DNA of 64,000 bases. It comes from an uncultured Thermotogae bacterium. GTDB taxonomy: Bacteria > Bipolaricaulota > Bipolaricaulia > UBA7950 > UBA9294. The DNA is taken from assembly GCA_964582285.1 (NCBI GenBank), contig CAZORQ010000006.1, positions 14,086 through 78,085 of the forward strand, written 5' to 3'. Each line of letters starts with the position of its first letter. The stretch's first letter is position 1. Positions 45,616-59,600 of this stretch are shown here, in pieces. The notes below the pieces were generated by a model. That model did not search any database. It saw only the letters and a program-made list of their open reading frames with translations, and was not told the DNA's origin. A program made the position numbers and the translations under genes.

Positions 45616-47610
45616 ATGAGATGCCGACCGAAGCACCTGGATACCGTCTTCCTTCGATGTCCGGTGCTGATGCTGCTCCTGCCGGCGCTTCTCCTTCTCA
45701 CATCGATCGGGGCGTTCGGCTCGTTGAATCTGACAGTCCGTGATTCCAGCACCGGAGACGACATCGCTCACGTCATTCTGTTCTACCCCGATGCCAGCCA
45801 GCTGGACCTAGGCTACACGCCGTTGGGGGTCATTGGACGCACGTGGGATCTTCTGACAGAGAGCCAGATCTTGACCAAGGGGGCAGGAACCTACACCCTA
45901 CGGATCATCCATGACGAGGACTTCGGTGCACCGTGCAATCCTCCAAACTGTGAGGTCCGCGGGACCTACGATATCACGTTCGGAGGCGGCATCGTCGTCT
46001 CTGCTGTGAGCGAAAACGCCACGGTAACCGCCGGCCAACCCGTGACCATCAACGTGCTGGACAACGACCTTCTTGTCAATGCATTGGCGTTCTCGTTCGG
46101 AACGATCCCTTGCCCGTTGACATTCCCGGACCCGACCTGCGCATGCAGTACTTATGGTTCAGGCACACAGTGTCCGAGCGGCCTAGAGGAGGGAGTGAAC
46201 TACGTGCAGGGCCAGTTCACGGTCACCGTCGGCGATCCGAGCCTGAGCATCCTATTCGTAAGCTCTCCGCCTCACGGGACAGCTACCATTGTCGGCGACA
46301 GCATCCTCTATACCCCTAATCCGGGATACTGCGGCCTGGAGACCTTCACATATACTGCACAGCGTAGCGGCGCTATTCCTGATACTGGCACAGTGACCGT
46401 AGCCGTTGCTGCTGCGCCCCCCGTCGCGCAGAACGATCTGGCGACAACTCTCGAGGGGATGCCAATCGTCATTGACGTTCTGCAGAACGACACCACTGCA
46501 GGCAATGGTCCACTCTCACTAGGCAGCGTCGGCAGTCCGTCCCATGGGAGCGCGATGATTGTCGGAGACACGATTCGCTATGTACCGCAGACGCGTTTCG
46601 AGGGACTCGATCGCTTCACCTACACCGCTCGGAACGCCTGCGGAGGAGTCGATGAAGCGTCGGTTGAGGTGAGCGTGATCCATGCCAATCATCCCCCCAC
46701 AGCCTCCGCAGGAGGTGTCTATCAAGGATTTGTCGGCGAACCAATGGAACTCAACGCGGGTTTCAGCACCGATTCCGATATCACGGATACTCTTCAGTTT
46801 CGGTGGGATCTTGATGAGGACGGCCAGTTCGATACAGATTGGCTATCCGACCCCGCCTACTCCGCAACCTTCGCATCGGCGTTTGTTGGCCGCGTGATGG
46901 TTGAAGTGCGAGATATCTACCGCGGGCAGCCTACTGGAGACATGGACCGTGCAACAGCACTGGTACGGATCGAACAGCGGCAGCCGGAACTACGAGGCGT
47001 CCTATTTGTGGATTTCGATGGCGATGGTTTGCCGGGGGAGGGAGACCCTCCGTTGCCGAAGATCCAGTTGGCACTTGACAGCGAGATGTACGCCATCACA
47101 GGAGACGACGGGCAGGCAATCTTCTCGAATCTCGCTGCAGGCCAGCATACCGTGACGATCACGCCCGACGGGTTGGCCCTGCTCCAGCTACAGGGTTTCG
47201 GTGTCGATCTGAGGAGCCCGTCGATAACGCTCGATATTCAGTCCGGGCCCCCAACCGTCGCGTTGTTCCCCATCCGCTCAATCGTCGGCTCGCTGGCCGG
47301 TCTCATCTACATCGATACGGATGGATCCGGCGAGCGAGAGCAGGGCGAGCCCGCCGTGCCGGACCTGACTGTGTCCCTACGCGAAGGACTCACGCGAACG
47401 ACGAACCAGGCCGGTCGCTTCCTGTTCATGAATGTTACCGCTGGAGAATACGTCTTGACGATCACGAGCGCGCAGCACCAATGGCAGGACCTCATTGGCA
47501 TCGAGTCGGGCGAGAGCACAGACATACTGATCGCCTGGCCATCGCCTGACTCCGGCTTCCTCGAGGTGAAAATCCAACCCGACCAACTGAGCTCGGAGGA
47601 GGAAGAGTGA
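45616..47610 (+). CDS. secreted modular protein: 2 cadherin-like modules, a PKD-like domain, 2 SdrD-B/CarboxypepD_reg-like domains
   Basis: ATG 45616 (GGGAGAAAAGAGG upstream). Signal peptide VLMLLLPALLLLTSIGAFG. Modules include TVTAGQPVTINVLDNDLL..., VAQNDLATTLEGMPIVIDVLQNDT..., LQFRWDLDEDGQFD (PKD-like), and GVLFVDFDGDGLPGEGDPPLPKIQ.../GLIYIDTDGSGEREQGEPAVPDLTV... (SdrD-B-like). Confidence 0.8.
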   Translation: MRCRPKHLDTVFLRCPVLMLLLPALLLLTSIGAFGSLNLTVRDSSTGDDIAHVILFYPDASQLDLGYTPLGVIGRTWDLLTESQILTKGAGTYTLRIIHDEDFGAPCNPPNCEVRGTYDITFGGGIVVSAVSENATVTAGQPVTINVLDNDLLVNALAFSFGTIPCPLTFPDPTCACSTYGSGTQCPSGLEEGVNYVQGQFTVTVGDPSLSILFVSSPPHGTATIVGDSILYTPNPGYCGLETFTYTAQRSGAIPDTGTVTVAVAAAPPVAQNDLATTLEGMPIVIDVLQNDTTAGNGPLSLGSVGSPSHGSAMIVGDTIRYVPQTRFEGLDRFTYTARNACGGVDEASVEVSVIHANHPPTASAGGVYQGFVGEPMELNAGFSTDSDITDTLQFRWDLDEDGQFDTDWLSDPAYSATFASAFVGRVMVEVRDIYRGQPTGDMDRATALVRIEQRQPELRGVLFVDFDGDGLPGEGDPPLPKIQLALDSEMYAITGDDGQAIFSNLAAGQHTVTITPDGLALLQLQGFGVDLRSPSITLDIQSGPPTVALFPIRSIVGSLAGLIYIDTDGSGEREQGEPAVPDLTVSLREGLTRTTNQAGRFLFMNVTAGEYVLTITSAQHQWQDLIGIESGESTDILIAWPSPDSGFLEVKIQPDQLSSEEEE

Positions 47611-47611
47611 C

Positions 47612-50600
47612 GTGGTAGGCATTCGAGCTGCTGTGGGAGTCGCTCTTCTGCTGGTCTCGGTTTCTTTCGTGACAGCTCTTGCGCAGGTCGCCGGCCCATC
47701 GCAGATGGACCCATGCGATCAGCAGACGTTCACGATTACGCTCGTGAACAACAGCCCCACCCAGGCAGCGTGCGATATCATCGTCACCGCAACGCCTCCG
47801 GGGACGGGCTTCTCTCATGTCGACGGAACCGCCGCGGTGACCCTGCACGATACTCCGGAGCCCATTGCGGCCGATCCGGTCGCCAATGCCTGGGACATCG
47901 ACGCGATCGTCGGAGACGACTACCAGCTTCCGCCCGGTGAGCAGATCTCAGTCGCGTTCGACCTCGCCACCGATTGCACCGCTGCTTCGGGCAATATCGA
48001 AGTCTCCATAGATTACGAGGACTGCACCACAGCGCAGCCGTACCAAGAGATCGACTCTCTCTCGATCGAGATCCTTCCCGGCGCTCTGATCGTCAGCAAG
48101 ACACCGTCCGTGCAGGATGCCTCCGTCGGTGAAGAAGTGACCTGGACCCTCACCGTTGAGTCGTCCGGTCTCGGGACAATCTCGAACGTTGTGGTCACCG
48201 ATGAACTCGGATCAGGTCTGGCGTACGTCTCCGACACCGGCGGCGGCTCGAACGTCGGTCAGACCACCACCTGGAATCTCGGCACGATCGCTGCCGGGAG
48301 CAGTGTAGCGGTCGATCTGACGGCGGAAGTGATCGCCTGTTCCAACTTGGTCAACGACGCCGACGCGTCATGGGGCTGTAGCAGCCCGGCAAGCACGTGC
48401 TTCGACACCGCCATCGATGGCGGAACGGCGACCGCGTCGCTGAATCTAATCGTCGACAACCCGGCGCTCTCCTTCACGGCGCCAAACGTTACCGTCGCGT
48501 ACTGTACCGATGAGACAGGTGGGCTGGTTCAGATCACCAACTCCGGTACTGGAACCGCGCGCAACGTCGGACTCTGTTGCGACGTCGCCCACTTGCAGGT
48601 CGACCCGACACGCTTGCCGCTTGGAGCGACGTACTCGGATGGGTGCTTCCAACTACCCGACATCGCGCCCGACACGACGTTCGATCTAACCTTCTATGTC
48701 CTCCACTCCGAGGTCGACTGGTGCAACGGTCCGCTGCCGAGTGGTGACAACGTCTTCCAGCTGACGTACGCCAATGATTGCGGCATCCCGTTCCTCGCCT
48801 ATCCCCAGTTCTCAACGCTTTCCTCGGAGCCCGGTCCCTCGCTTGACGTCACGAAGAGCAGCCCCGCGCCGCTGCAGCTCGGCGAGGTTGCCTCCTACGA
48901 CATCACCGTCGCCTACTCTGGCAACCTCGGCTGCTACGGAGGGTCGCCTGGCCCAGTCACGATCGAAGACGACTATCCCGACGGGTTCACCGTCGTCGAT
49001 GCGGACGGCGGAACCGACAACGGCGATACGCTCGCGTGGATCTATGACCCCGCAGCCGATCCTCCGTTTGACCGAACGGTTCAGCTCCGAGTTCCGAACG
49101 ACTGCGCCTCTTGTGTCGGCCTCGCCGGCACGATCGCGAACACCGTCACCGCAACCACGATCGACTGCTGCGGCTGCACACTGACCGGCAGTGCCACGGC
49201 ACAGACGACGATCCTCTGTGAGGGTCTCGAGGACATCGAGCTGTTCACCTCCACGTTCTCCCCGTTGGTCCCCTCCAGTCCGCTGGTGCGATGCGGTCCG
49301 ACCGACACATTCCGTGTCGAACACACCTACGAGTTTTCGAACGACACGCGGCTCAACGACCTCTTTCTCGACGAATTCACCTACTTCGTCGAAGGCAACG
49401 GCGAGCTCCAGTACGCCGGGTCGCTTGCCGTGAGTGGAGCATCGGTCGATACCGTCACCGACGGCACCCCCGCTGGACAGCTCGAGATCCGCCTTGCCGA
49501 TGATGGGAATCCTGTGACCAACCGGACGATCACGCTTGCCTATGACCTGACCTACGTCGATCTAAACGCCCCTGAGGCACCGCCATGCGCCAACGACTCG
49601 GCCAGCATCGACGCGGGCATCGACCTCGACCCTGGGGCGACGACCGTCGGATTCTGTAGCCGAATGTACGGGGATGAAGCCGATCCGCCTACGATGGTTG
49701 TGGAAGCTCCGGCGATGGCTGTCTCGATCGACGGAATCCCGACGATCCAGGAGTCCTGCGCAACATGCGACATTGCGATCACACTGACGAAGACCTCCGA
49801 TGTCGCCAATCCCCACGATGTCCGGCTGGTGCTGACGAACGGCAGCGGCTCGCTGATCGACCTTTCGGGCGCGCTTTGCACCGGTGTCTCACCCACCGAT
49901 GGCACAACCTGCACCACACCGATCGAAGGGACGGATACCTACGAGTGGCGGTTCGCCGACGGGTTCGTCGCCGGGAGCAGCACGACCATCGGTCCGATTC
50001 GGGTCACCGTGCCGTGCGGAGGGACGCTCGCCGATCTGTCGGTCGTCGCCTGGTTCGATGGCCTTTGTCAAGATGATGCAACGGATGACAGCCCCGATCC
50101 GGCGGTTGCCGGCTACGACGATTCCTGCTCTGCGAATGCCTCGGACAGCGCATCGCTGTCGCTCATGGCCGACGTCTATACCCGCAAATCGCCGGAGGTC
50201 CTCTACGCAACGACGAAGTACGTCACTTGGTTCCTCGTCGTGCACAACACCGGGAACGGGGCGGCGTACAACGTCTGGGTCGATGACGTCCTGGGCAGCG
50301 GGCTGATCTTCGACGAAGCGAATACGTTGCCGGTCGGCGCGACCGTCTCGGCAAACCTCGATCACGCAGGCGCTCCGATCAACGGGGCGTCCTTCCTGTT
50401 TGACGAGCTAGCCGCAGGAGAGCTGAAGACGATCACGCTTGCCGCCGAACTCGTCGATTGCGAGAACCTAACGAACGATATCGCCGTCTCCTGGGGTTGC
50501 GGCGGCTCCGACTGCCAGGCGCCGAGGACCGACAGCTCGTCGGTCCTCGTACCCGGGGCACAGGTCGTCGCCACGTCGTTCAGCCCCACCCCCATCGACG

Positions 50601-53600
50601 TCTGTACGGGCTCATGGGCCAACGTCACGGTCAAGAGCGCTGGTATCGGCACCGCGTACAACATCGTTGCCAACGTGACGCTTCCCGATGGGATCGCCTA
50701 CGCGGGGAACCCGCGATTCAGTCTCGATGGCAGATCGACCTGGCTGACAACGGGAATCTCCGATCCAACGCAGGTCGGACAGGTTCTCACATGGACATCC
50801 ACCGAGTTGTCGGTGCTTTCCGAGCTTCCGCCGGGAGAGCAGGTCGACATCCGGTTCGATATCGATGGGGGATGTGATTTCGTCGGCGGGAATCTGACCT
50901 TCCAGGCCGGATATGAGAACCCGTGTGGAAACGCGTTCGACTCCAACGTTGGATCGTTCTCGATCTCCGCCCGGATCCCGGACGTCTCCGTCGCGATGGT
51001 CCAGGATCCGGACGACGCGATCCCATGCGGCGGAAGTGCCACCTGGACGATCACCGTTCGGAACGACGGGCCAGTCTCCGCCCCGTACATCCGCGTCGTC
51101 AGTACGCTCGACGCTGGGTGGGACTACGTTTCGTCAACCGGCAGCGGAAACAACGTTGGACAGATCACCACGTGGATCATCAACGATCTTGGTCCGAGCG
51201 CGTCGACCGATCTCACGATCACCGCAGACTCGGCGTCCGATGGCGCCAGCTGTGACGCCCTCAACCACCAGGTGCAATCGTTCTGGGCCTGCGACGAGAC
51301 TGATACCCAGTGTCTCCTCTCAGCATCCGATACGGCATCGATCATCGGGGCACGGACACCGCCGGTGACCGTCGGCGCCGCGCTTGCCCCAGACTCGGTC
51401 GATGTCTGCACCGACACCACGACGTTCACACTGACCGTAGCCAACGGAAGCGCGACCGCCCCCGCCAGCTATGTCGATGCCCGTGTCACGCTGCCCGTAG
51501 GGCTATCGTACGTCCTCGGAACCACGCAGATCGACTGTGGTTCGGGGTTCGTCTCCAGCCCCGATCCGGCGGTTTCCGGGCAACAACTGACGTGGTACGA
51601 CACGACGGTCGACGGCGGCGCCAACGACGCCTGCGCAACACTCGCAGCAAACGGACAGATTCAGATCCGGTTCGATGTCGATTCGTCCTGCTACTTCACC
51701 GCTGGCAGTGCGAACTCGCGGATCTTCTACTACGACTGCTGCGGCGTGACCCAGACACAGCAGAGCCGAAATGACACGATCGCAAGCGATCAACCGAATC
51801 TGACGATCACCAAATCGACCGCCGACACGCCAACGTGCGGTGAAACGGCCACGTGGACGATTGAAGTCACAAATACCAGCGCCAACGCGATCGCCGAGGT
51901 CGTGCGGATCGAAGACTTCCTTGGAGCCAATCTGAGCTATGTCTCGTCGACCGGTGGGGCGGTCGCCCTCAGCGGCGGACAGATTCTCTACGCAACGCCG
52001 CCACAATACGGCGCGGCATACGGCTGGGAACTCGGTCCACTGGCTCCGCTCGCCTCGACCTCCGTCACGATCACTGCTCAACTCGTCGCGCCGGCCGACT
52101 GCGCCAACGCGCTGCGGACGAACACCGCCGTCACGACTTGGGCATGCGGGGCGCCGGACGGCGATCCGGCGACCGCCGACTACGACTGCTCGAGCGACGA
52201 GTGGAGCTCTGCGTCTGATCGCGTGGCGATGCCGAATCTGTCGATCGCTCCATCGGACATCACGCCGGCCTTCTCTTGCTCCGGAGACGGGATCGATCCG
52301 GGTGCCGAAATCGCGATTGTCGTCCGCAATACAGGAGACGCCCCGATCCAGGCCGGGGACAACTTCACCCTCACCGTGACCGAGACGACCACCGGCTACT
52401 CTGCGACGGACAGCTTCACGAACCTCGGCGGATCGTTGCCTCTTGCCGCCGGGGGCTCTGACACGCTCACCTTCCCGTGGGCCGTCGCATGTACGAGCTG
52501 TGCCTACATAATCGATATCACGCTGGATACGCTCAACGACGTCTGCGAATGCGATGAGACTGACAACGCTGCGGTCCTCAACGAGACCATCACCCTGCCC
52601 AACCTCGCCGTCGATGCGGCCGACCTTGCCATCACATGTGCCGGCGACGGGCAGATACGGATCCAGGGACCGGTCACCCTGCGAAACGACGGCTGCGGCG
52701 ACGCACTGACCGGAACTGTCCGTGTCCGGCTCCGCCTGTTCGACGGCGCCGATTGCACCGGCTCGGAACTCGATACGTTCACGGTCGATTTCACCAGCCT
52801 GTCGATCGCTGCGGGCGGGGGCACGCAGCAACACACCCTGGATGTCACACGCACGCTCGACGCGTGCGGCACCTGTCAGATCTCTGTCCGGATCGAGGCC
52901 GACGACAACGATGCGGTCTGCGAGTGCGACGGGACGAACAACGATCTCTGCGCCGGAACGTTCCCCATCGCGTTCCCTGACCTCACCGTCTTCGACATTG
53001 ACTTCTCGCAGGTCGGCTGTGCGTCGGACGAGATCTCTGGGCTCGTTCGCGTCACGGTGGAGAATACGGGCTGCGGTACATCGGGCCCGTTCACGCTTCG
53101 TCTCGAAACCGACGGCTGTCTATCCTTTGCCGACGAAGCAGTCGCAAGTCTGGCCGCTTCAGGGTCGACAACGGTCGACTTCGCACTGACCGGTTCGTGG
53201 ACCAATTGCACCGACTGTTCCTGCACGTTCACCGCAACGGTCGATCCTGCGGACGCGATCTGCGAGTGCGATGGGACAAACAACGACCGCTCCGAGCCAT
53301 TCACATCGACCCTGCCCGACCTCGAGATCTCAGGCGCCACCGCATTGATCGGCTGCTCGGTGGACGGGCAGGCGACGCTCGATGCCGGCGTCACCGTGAC
53401 AAACACCGGTTGCGCCGACGTGACCGGGCCGTTCGATATCCGGGTTACGATCTACGAGGATGCCAACTGCTCCGGCGCCGTCGTTGACACGTGGAACGAG
53501 ACACTCACCGACGATGTCCTGGCCTCCGGCTCGACCGTCATTTCCCTCACAACGCACGTCCTGTCTCAGGCGCTGTGCGCCGGCGACTGCGATTACTCCG

Positions 53601-56600
53601 CCCGATTCGAGGTCGACACAGGTGATGACATCTGCGAATGCGATGGAACCGACAATACGTTCTGCCTCTCGTCGATCTCGTCTGAAGTACCGGATCTCGT
53701 TGTCACTAATGTCGATCCATCGGTCGACTGCCGGGCGGAAACCGCAAACGTGACCGCAACGGTCGCGAACGTTGGTTGCGGCAATGCGACCGGAGCGGTC
53801 TTCAGGCTGACCAGCGCCGCCTGTGGCTTGTCGATCGATAGCGATCCGATCGACGTGGCGGCCGGGGCGTCTCAGGATGTCGTTTTTGACTACACACCGG
53901 ACTGCGGCGCCTGGAACTGCACCTATACCGTCACCGCGGATCCGGGTGCCGCAATCTGCGAGTGCGCTGGGTCGAACGCGCTGACGTTCGACCCGTACGC
54001 CGGGATCGGATCGATCGGAGACCGCGTCTGGTTCGATAGCGACGGCGACGGCGTCCAAGACCCCGACGAAGACGGGATCCCGAACGTCACGCTCATCCTG
54101 GAGGGAGATCTGGACGGCGATGGCTCGATCGACTACACCACCGAGGTGCCCACCGACGCGAACGGCGAGTATCTCTTTGACAACCTGCCGGCCGGGGAGT
54201 ACACAATCACCGTCGACGACACAACGCTTCCCGGCAGACTTGACCAGACGTACGACGCTGACGGACTCGGAACGGCTCACACATCCGGCTATACGCTTGC
54301 TGAGAACGAACACAACCGTGAACAGGACTTCGGCTACCGTGGCTCCGGGTCCATTGGCGATTATGTCTGGATCGACCTCAACGGCGACGGGGTCCAGGAT
54401 CCGAGCGAGAAGCCGATCGAGAACGTTACCGTCACACTTGAGGGCGACGTCGACGGCGACGGGGTCGATGAGATTCTGACCACGACAACCGACGCAGACG
54501 GACTGTACCTGTTCGATTTCCTCCCGGCCGGCCCGTACACGATCACTGTTGACGATGCGACGCTGCCGCCAGGACTGGAGCAGACGTACGACAACGACGG
54601 ACTCGGAACGCCGCATGCCTCCGACTACGTCCTCGGCTCCGGGGTGGACAATCGGGAGCAGGACTTCGGCTATCGTGGCTCCGGGTCGATCGGTGACTTC
54701 GTTTGGTTCGATCTCGACGGGGACGGCGTGCAGGATCCGGGCGAACCGGGCATCGAGAACGTCACCGTAACGCTGGTCGGAGACATCGATCTCGATGGCA
54801 TCGATGATACCCTCACGACGACCACGGACGCCGACGGCCTCTATCTGTTCGAGGTTCTTCCCGCCGGACCGTATACGATCACCGTCGATGACACGACCTT
54901 GCCGGATGGTTTGACCCAGACCTATGACTACGATGGCCTTGGTACGTCCCACACCTCCGACTACGCGCTCGGCGCCGGGGAGCACAACCGAGAGCAGGAC
55001 TTCGGTTACGCCACACCGGCGCTGTCGGTCGACAAGACAATCGCGGACATCCTCCGGAACGGCTCGTCGGTCGGAAGCACCGGACCGGTCGAGCCGGGCG
55101 ACCTCATCGTCTACCGGTTCGTGATCGAGAACGTCGGATTCGTTCCCGCATACAACGTCGGATTCGACGACACCCTGCCGCCCGGCACTGTGGTCGAAAC
55201 CGCCGCGCCGGGAGATGCCGGCAGCTACGTTGTCAACGCTCCGTCATCAAGTGGATCGCTGGGACTGAGCGACGAGGCAACGTCATTCACCGCATCGATT
55301 GATGCGACGATCGATGCAAGCGCAACGCTGACCGCGGAGTTCACCGCCCGTGTCACGTCCGCCGTGGCGCAAGGGACCGATCTGACCAACACCGCGCACG
55401 CGTTCGGCGAGCGGGAGGACGGAACGCCGATCCCTCCGGAGAACGTGGTCCTCGGCGACACGTCCGACAGCGACGAAGAGGACCCCGATGCAGACGATAC
55501 CGGCATTGCCGCCGTCGCTGTCCTCCAGCCGGGGCTTTCGGTCGACAAGACGATCGTCGACATCACCCGACAGGGCGTCAGCATTGGCACAACCGGGCCG
55601 GTTCAGGCTGGGGACGTGGTGCTCTACCGGTTCGTCGTCCGCAACGTCGGCGGCGGAACGGCGTACGACATCGACTTCACAGACACGCTCCCGGCAGGGC
55701 TTCTCACCGAGATCGACCCGCCAGGAGATACCGGCAGCTACACAGTCACGCAACCTTCTGCATCCGGAAGTCTCGGACTGGCGGACGGCATTGGCACATT
55801 CACCACCTCGATCGCCGCGACGATCGACGGCGGCGAAAGCTTGACCGCTGAGTTCACCGCCATCGTAACCAGCAGCATCGAGCAGGGCGCCGATCTCGTG
55901 AACACTGCGGAAGCAACGGGTGTCGACGGCTTCGGTACGGAGATCCAGGACGAGAACGCCAGTATCGGCGATACGTCCGATGATGACGCCGAGGATCCGG
56001 ATGCCGACGATACCGGGATCGCGATCATCGGAACGCAGCAGCCAGCGCTCTCAGTCGACAAGATCATCTCCGACATCCTCCGAGGCGGTTCGAGCATTGG
56101 GGCGTCCGGCCCTGTCGAGCCGGGAGACGTCATCGTCTTCGAGTACACGATCCGCAACGTTGGGCTGGGCATCGCCTACGCGGTCGACTTCACCGATACG
56201 CTGCCCACCGGACTGGTGACGGAAACGGACGCCCCGGGTGATGCCGGATCGTACGCTGTATCCGGCCCCGCGGCCGCCGGATCGCTCGCGGTCCCCGACG
56301 CTGCGGGCACGTTCACCACATCGATTGGCGCCACCATCGCGGGCGGTGAACAGTTGGTCGCAACCTACACCGTCTGGGTCACAAGCGATATCGAGCAGGG
56401 CGTCGATCTCGTCAATGTCGCCGTCACGACGGGCGTGGACGGTGCCGGAACTCCCATCCCGGCAGAGAATGTCACACTGGGGGATACGTCGGATGACGAC
56501 GCGGAGGATCCGGACGCCGACGACACTGGGATCGCCGTCGTGGCGACCCGCGAGCCAGCCCTGTCGATCGACAAGATCATCACCGACATCCTGCGGAACG

Positions 56601-59600
56601 GATCGAGTATCGGGGCATCCGGCCCTGTGGAGCCGGGCGACATTGTTCTCTATCAATACACGATCACCAACGTCGGCCTCGGGACGGCCTACGCGGTCGA
56701 CTTCACCGATACGCTGCCAATCGGGCTGATCACGGAGACCGACGCACCCGGAGATGCGGGCAGCTACACGGTGACCGCCCCCGCCGCGTCGGGAAGCCTG
56801 AACCTCCTGGATGGCGTCAGCTCGTTCACCACGGGAACCGGCGCCGTCATCGCCGGCGGAGAGACCCTGACGGCGAACTACACCGTCGTGGTCACCAGCG
56901 ATATCGAGCAAGGCGTTGATCTGATCAACATCGCCACCACAAGCGGAACCGACGGCACCGGAACGCCGATCCCGAGCGAGAATGTTGCCCTCGGCGACAC
57001 GTCCGACGGAGATGCGGAGGATCCGGATGCCGATGACACCGGCATCACTTCGCTTGGGACTACGCAACCGGCCCTGTCGGTCGACAAGATCATCACCGAC
57101 ATCCTTCGAGACGGATCGAGCATCGGAGCGTCCGGGCCGGTCGAGCCAGGCGACATCATCATCTTCCAGTACACGATTCGAAACACAGGATTGGCCACGG
57201 CCTATGAGGTCGATTTCACCGACACGCTGCCGCCCGGTCTCGTTACCGAGACCGACGCGCCAGGGGTCTCGGGATCCTACGATATAAGCGATCCATCCGT
57301 GACCGGTGCGCCGCTGCTCGGCTTGAGCGACGGAGCTACAAGCTTCACCACATCGATCGCCGCCACCATCGGCGGCGCAGAGCAGCTGGTTGCCGTCTAC
57401 TCGGCTCGCGTCACCAGCGGCATCGTGCAGGGAGTGGATCTCGTCAATGCGGCCAGGGCGACCGGCATAGACGGCTACGGGACGGAGATTCCCGCCGAGA
57501 ACGCCGCCCTCGGCGACACCGCTGATGACGACGTGGATGACCCCGACGCCGACGATACCGGCATCGCGGTCATCGCGACCATCGAACCAGCGCTGTCGGT
57601 CGACAAGATCATCACCGACATCGTGCGCCGAGGCGCGAGCCTCGGCAGCATCACCGGACCCGTTGAGCCGGGTGACGTCATCGTCTACCAGTACACAATC
57701 CGCAACGTCGGTCTAGGAACCGCCTACACGGTGAACTTCACCGACACGCTGCCGACCGGGATCGTCACCGAGACCGATGCGCCCGGCGGCCCGGGCAGCT
57801 ATGCCGTCACGAGCCCCGCGGCCTCCGGGAGTCTTGGACTCACCGACAACACCTCGACGTTCACCACATCGGTCGGCGCGACCATCGCCGGTGGGGAGCA
57901 ACTCGTCGCGGAGTACACTGTCCTCGTCACGAGCGACGTCCAGCAAGGAATCGATCTGGTGAACGTCGCCATAGCATCCGGCGTCGATGGCGACGGGACA
58001 CCGATCCCGGAAGAGAATGCCGACGTTGGCGACACGTCGGACGCCGACGCGGAAGACCCGGACGCCGACGACACCGGCATTGCCGTCGTGACCCCCGTCG
58101 TCCCGGCGCTGACAATCGACAAGCAGGTCGTGGACATCCTTCGCGGCGGTGCATCGGTCGGCGTCGTCGATCCGGTGCTGTACGGCGACGTCATCGTCTA
58201 TCGAACGACGATCCGGAATGTCGGTCTCGGGACTGCCTATGATGTCGAATTCGCCGACACGCTGCCCGCCGGGCTCGCCATCGAGACCGGTGCGGCGCCG
58301 GGCGCTGGAAGCTATGTGGTGACGAGCCCTACGGCATCCGGGAGCCTAGGCCTGAGCCACGGCACCACGACATTCACCACGTCGATGAATGCAACGATCG
58401 CTGGCGGAGAGACGTTGACAGCAACCTATGCAGCGATCGTGACGCCCGCTGCGCGGCCGGCGCTCGACCTGGTCAACGTTGCCGAGACGACCGGCGAAGA
58501 CGGTGCAGGGACGGAGATACCAGACGAGAACGCCGACGTCGGAGACACATCAGACGATGACGAGGAAGACCCCGACGCCGACGACACCGGCATCGCCTTG
58601 ATCCGCGTCGGAGCTCCAGCACTCGTCACGACCAAGTCCGTTGCGTCCATCCGAAGGCAAGGCATCTCGATCGAAGGCGAGATTGTCGAAATCAACGATG
58701 TTGTCACCTACGAGGTCAGCATCACCAATGTGGGCAATGGGCCGGCATACCATGTCGCCTTGTTCGATGAACTCCCTCTGGGGTTCCTCTACGCGGGGAA
58801 CTCCGATGCGACCTGGCCATCGGGGAGCTCGACCGCCGATCCTTTTGGCATCCCCGGACCTCTCCTGTCCTGGCCTCTGGATGCAGCGCTTGAGGCAGGC
58901 GAGCAGCTCGTGCTGCGCTTTGATGCGTCTGCATCCGGGCCGATCACGCAGACAACGTACACGAACACCGTCACCGCCGTGGGTAGGGACGGGGCGGATG
59001 AGGAGATCCCCTCCGATCAGAGCGGCACCGTTCCTGAGGATGACGATCCAGATGATTCGAGTGATGTCAGCCTGACCGGCGGCGTTCCGGCTCTTGTGAC
59101 CGACAAGGCGATCCTCAATGTGCGCAGGAACGGACGACTTCTCGGTTCGATCAACACGGTAGAGGCTGGGGATGTCGTTCTGTACAGACTTCGAGTTGCG
59201 AACGTCGGCTTGGGGACAGCCTATGACGTCGATGTACGCGACCTCCTGCCCGCTCCGTTCGACTACGTCTCGAGTACAACCACCGGCGAGTGGCCGTTCC
59301 GCACGGGAGCGTATGACGACGACCCCTCCGGCGCCCCGGGTCCGACCCTCTTGTGGGACACGAGCGCCACCCTTGGCCACAACGAATCGATCGTTCTCAC
59401 ATTCGAGGCCGCGATTGCAGGCTCTGTTCAGGCCGGCAGTACATACATCAACGAACTGCATGCCACGGGAGTCGATGGGGCCGGCGAAAGCATTCCCGCG
59501 AACAACGCCGATGACGTGGCAGAGGATGACGATCCGGACGATCGGGATCGTGTGGCCGTCACCATCGTCGAGGAGGTTCCGGCACTGGTCACGACCAAGC

